From Felis catus (lineage: Eukaryota), in the NCBI RefSeq assembly GCF_018350175.1, contig NC_058368.1, forward strand, positions 162,070,001 through 162,134,000: a stretch of DNA of 64,000 bases, read 5' to 3'. The position numbers were made by a program, and so were the translations under genes. Of the stretch, positions 63,366-64,000 are shown piece after piece. Within the stretch, counting starts at the first letter, position 1. Each line of letters opens with the position of its first letter. The notes under the pieces are model-generated. The model made no database searches and was not told where the DNA came from. It was given only the letters and a program-made list of their open reading frames with translations.

Positions 63366-64000
63366 TTGATTTATTACTTAAAAAAAAATCACTTTAAAAA
63401 AAAGCAACTCTATACTGCATTACCATTAGTAAAAACACTTTAGTAAAGTCGTAGTTTTACATAAAAATTTATGTACAGATGGTGGCTAACTCTGACTTTG
63501 AATCAAACCAGTATGAACAGGCTGTAAGTAAAGAAATATGATTCAAATGGCCTTGCTCTCTCACTGTAGATCTCACCACTGTGACTGGTCAATGGCCTGC
63601 CTCAGTTTATTTTGTTGCCATCAGTAACTGTGATTTGTCTGTCAGTCACTGCTTTTAAAGTGATTTGAAATTTCCATGGAAAGCTAAGTTTCTGCCCCTG
63701 CTACCCTCAGCAGATACAGCAACTAGCCAATGCAGAAATTCTAAGGCTGTAAGAAGTATAGAGCAACCTAGACATTGACAAACTTTCCACTTTTCTCTGA
63801 TTTAGTTAACAGATTCTTTGCTTTCTAATGTAATATATTCCAGGTCTTTTTTAAAAAAATCAGAAATTAAAAGAGGCTTTGGTTTATTTAGATGAAGCTC
63901 TAAGTTTGTCTTTTGTTCATCACTAGTGATAGGAGCTGTGTCTCAGAAGAAGCTAGGCTCCAGGCAGGATGGCTAGACATTTTGTCAGAGTAGGGACTAT

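Noticed and set aside
1..64000. CRISPR array, operon, intact provirus or other novel multi-gene system
   Set aside because: No regularly spaced repeat-spacer array, no gag/pol/env, and no intact long ORFs; the sequence is explained by mammalian repeats and non-coding DNA.

Overview
Mammalian genomic DNA, very probably from a felid: it carries about 30 tRNA-derived Can-SINEs of the SINEC_Fc type and carnivore-type L1s. The window is AT-rich and repeat-dense, and I recognise no intact protein-coding gene or RNA gene, so it is intergenic or deep intronic. Almost all listed ORFs are L1 fragments, SINE translations or chance ORFs. The main features are: (1) a decayed, intronless CHTF18 retrocopy at 1-~620 (minus strand, runs off the left edge); (2) a 14.6-kb four-layer transposon nest at 14.7-29.3 kb, where a MER58A is split by an older L1, whose endonuclease domain is split by a full-length younger L1, with SINEs in both L1s; (3) a ~300-bp segment with no repeat family I recognise, duplicated 8 kb apart (47603-47899 and 55651-55971); (4) several informative SINE insertion geometries. 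I see no convincing evidence of a new biological system. The most speculative lead is long antisense open frames in the 5' UTRs of both large L1s. Repeat family names come from my recall of consensus sequences and need RepeatMasker/Dfam confirmation; boundaries of old repeats are approximate.
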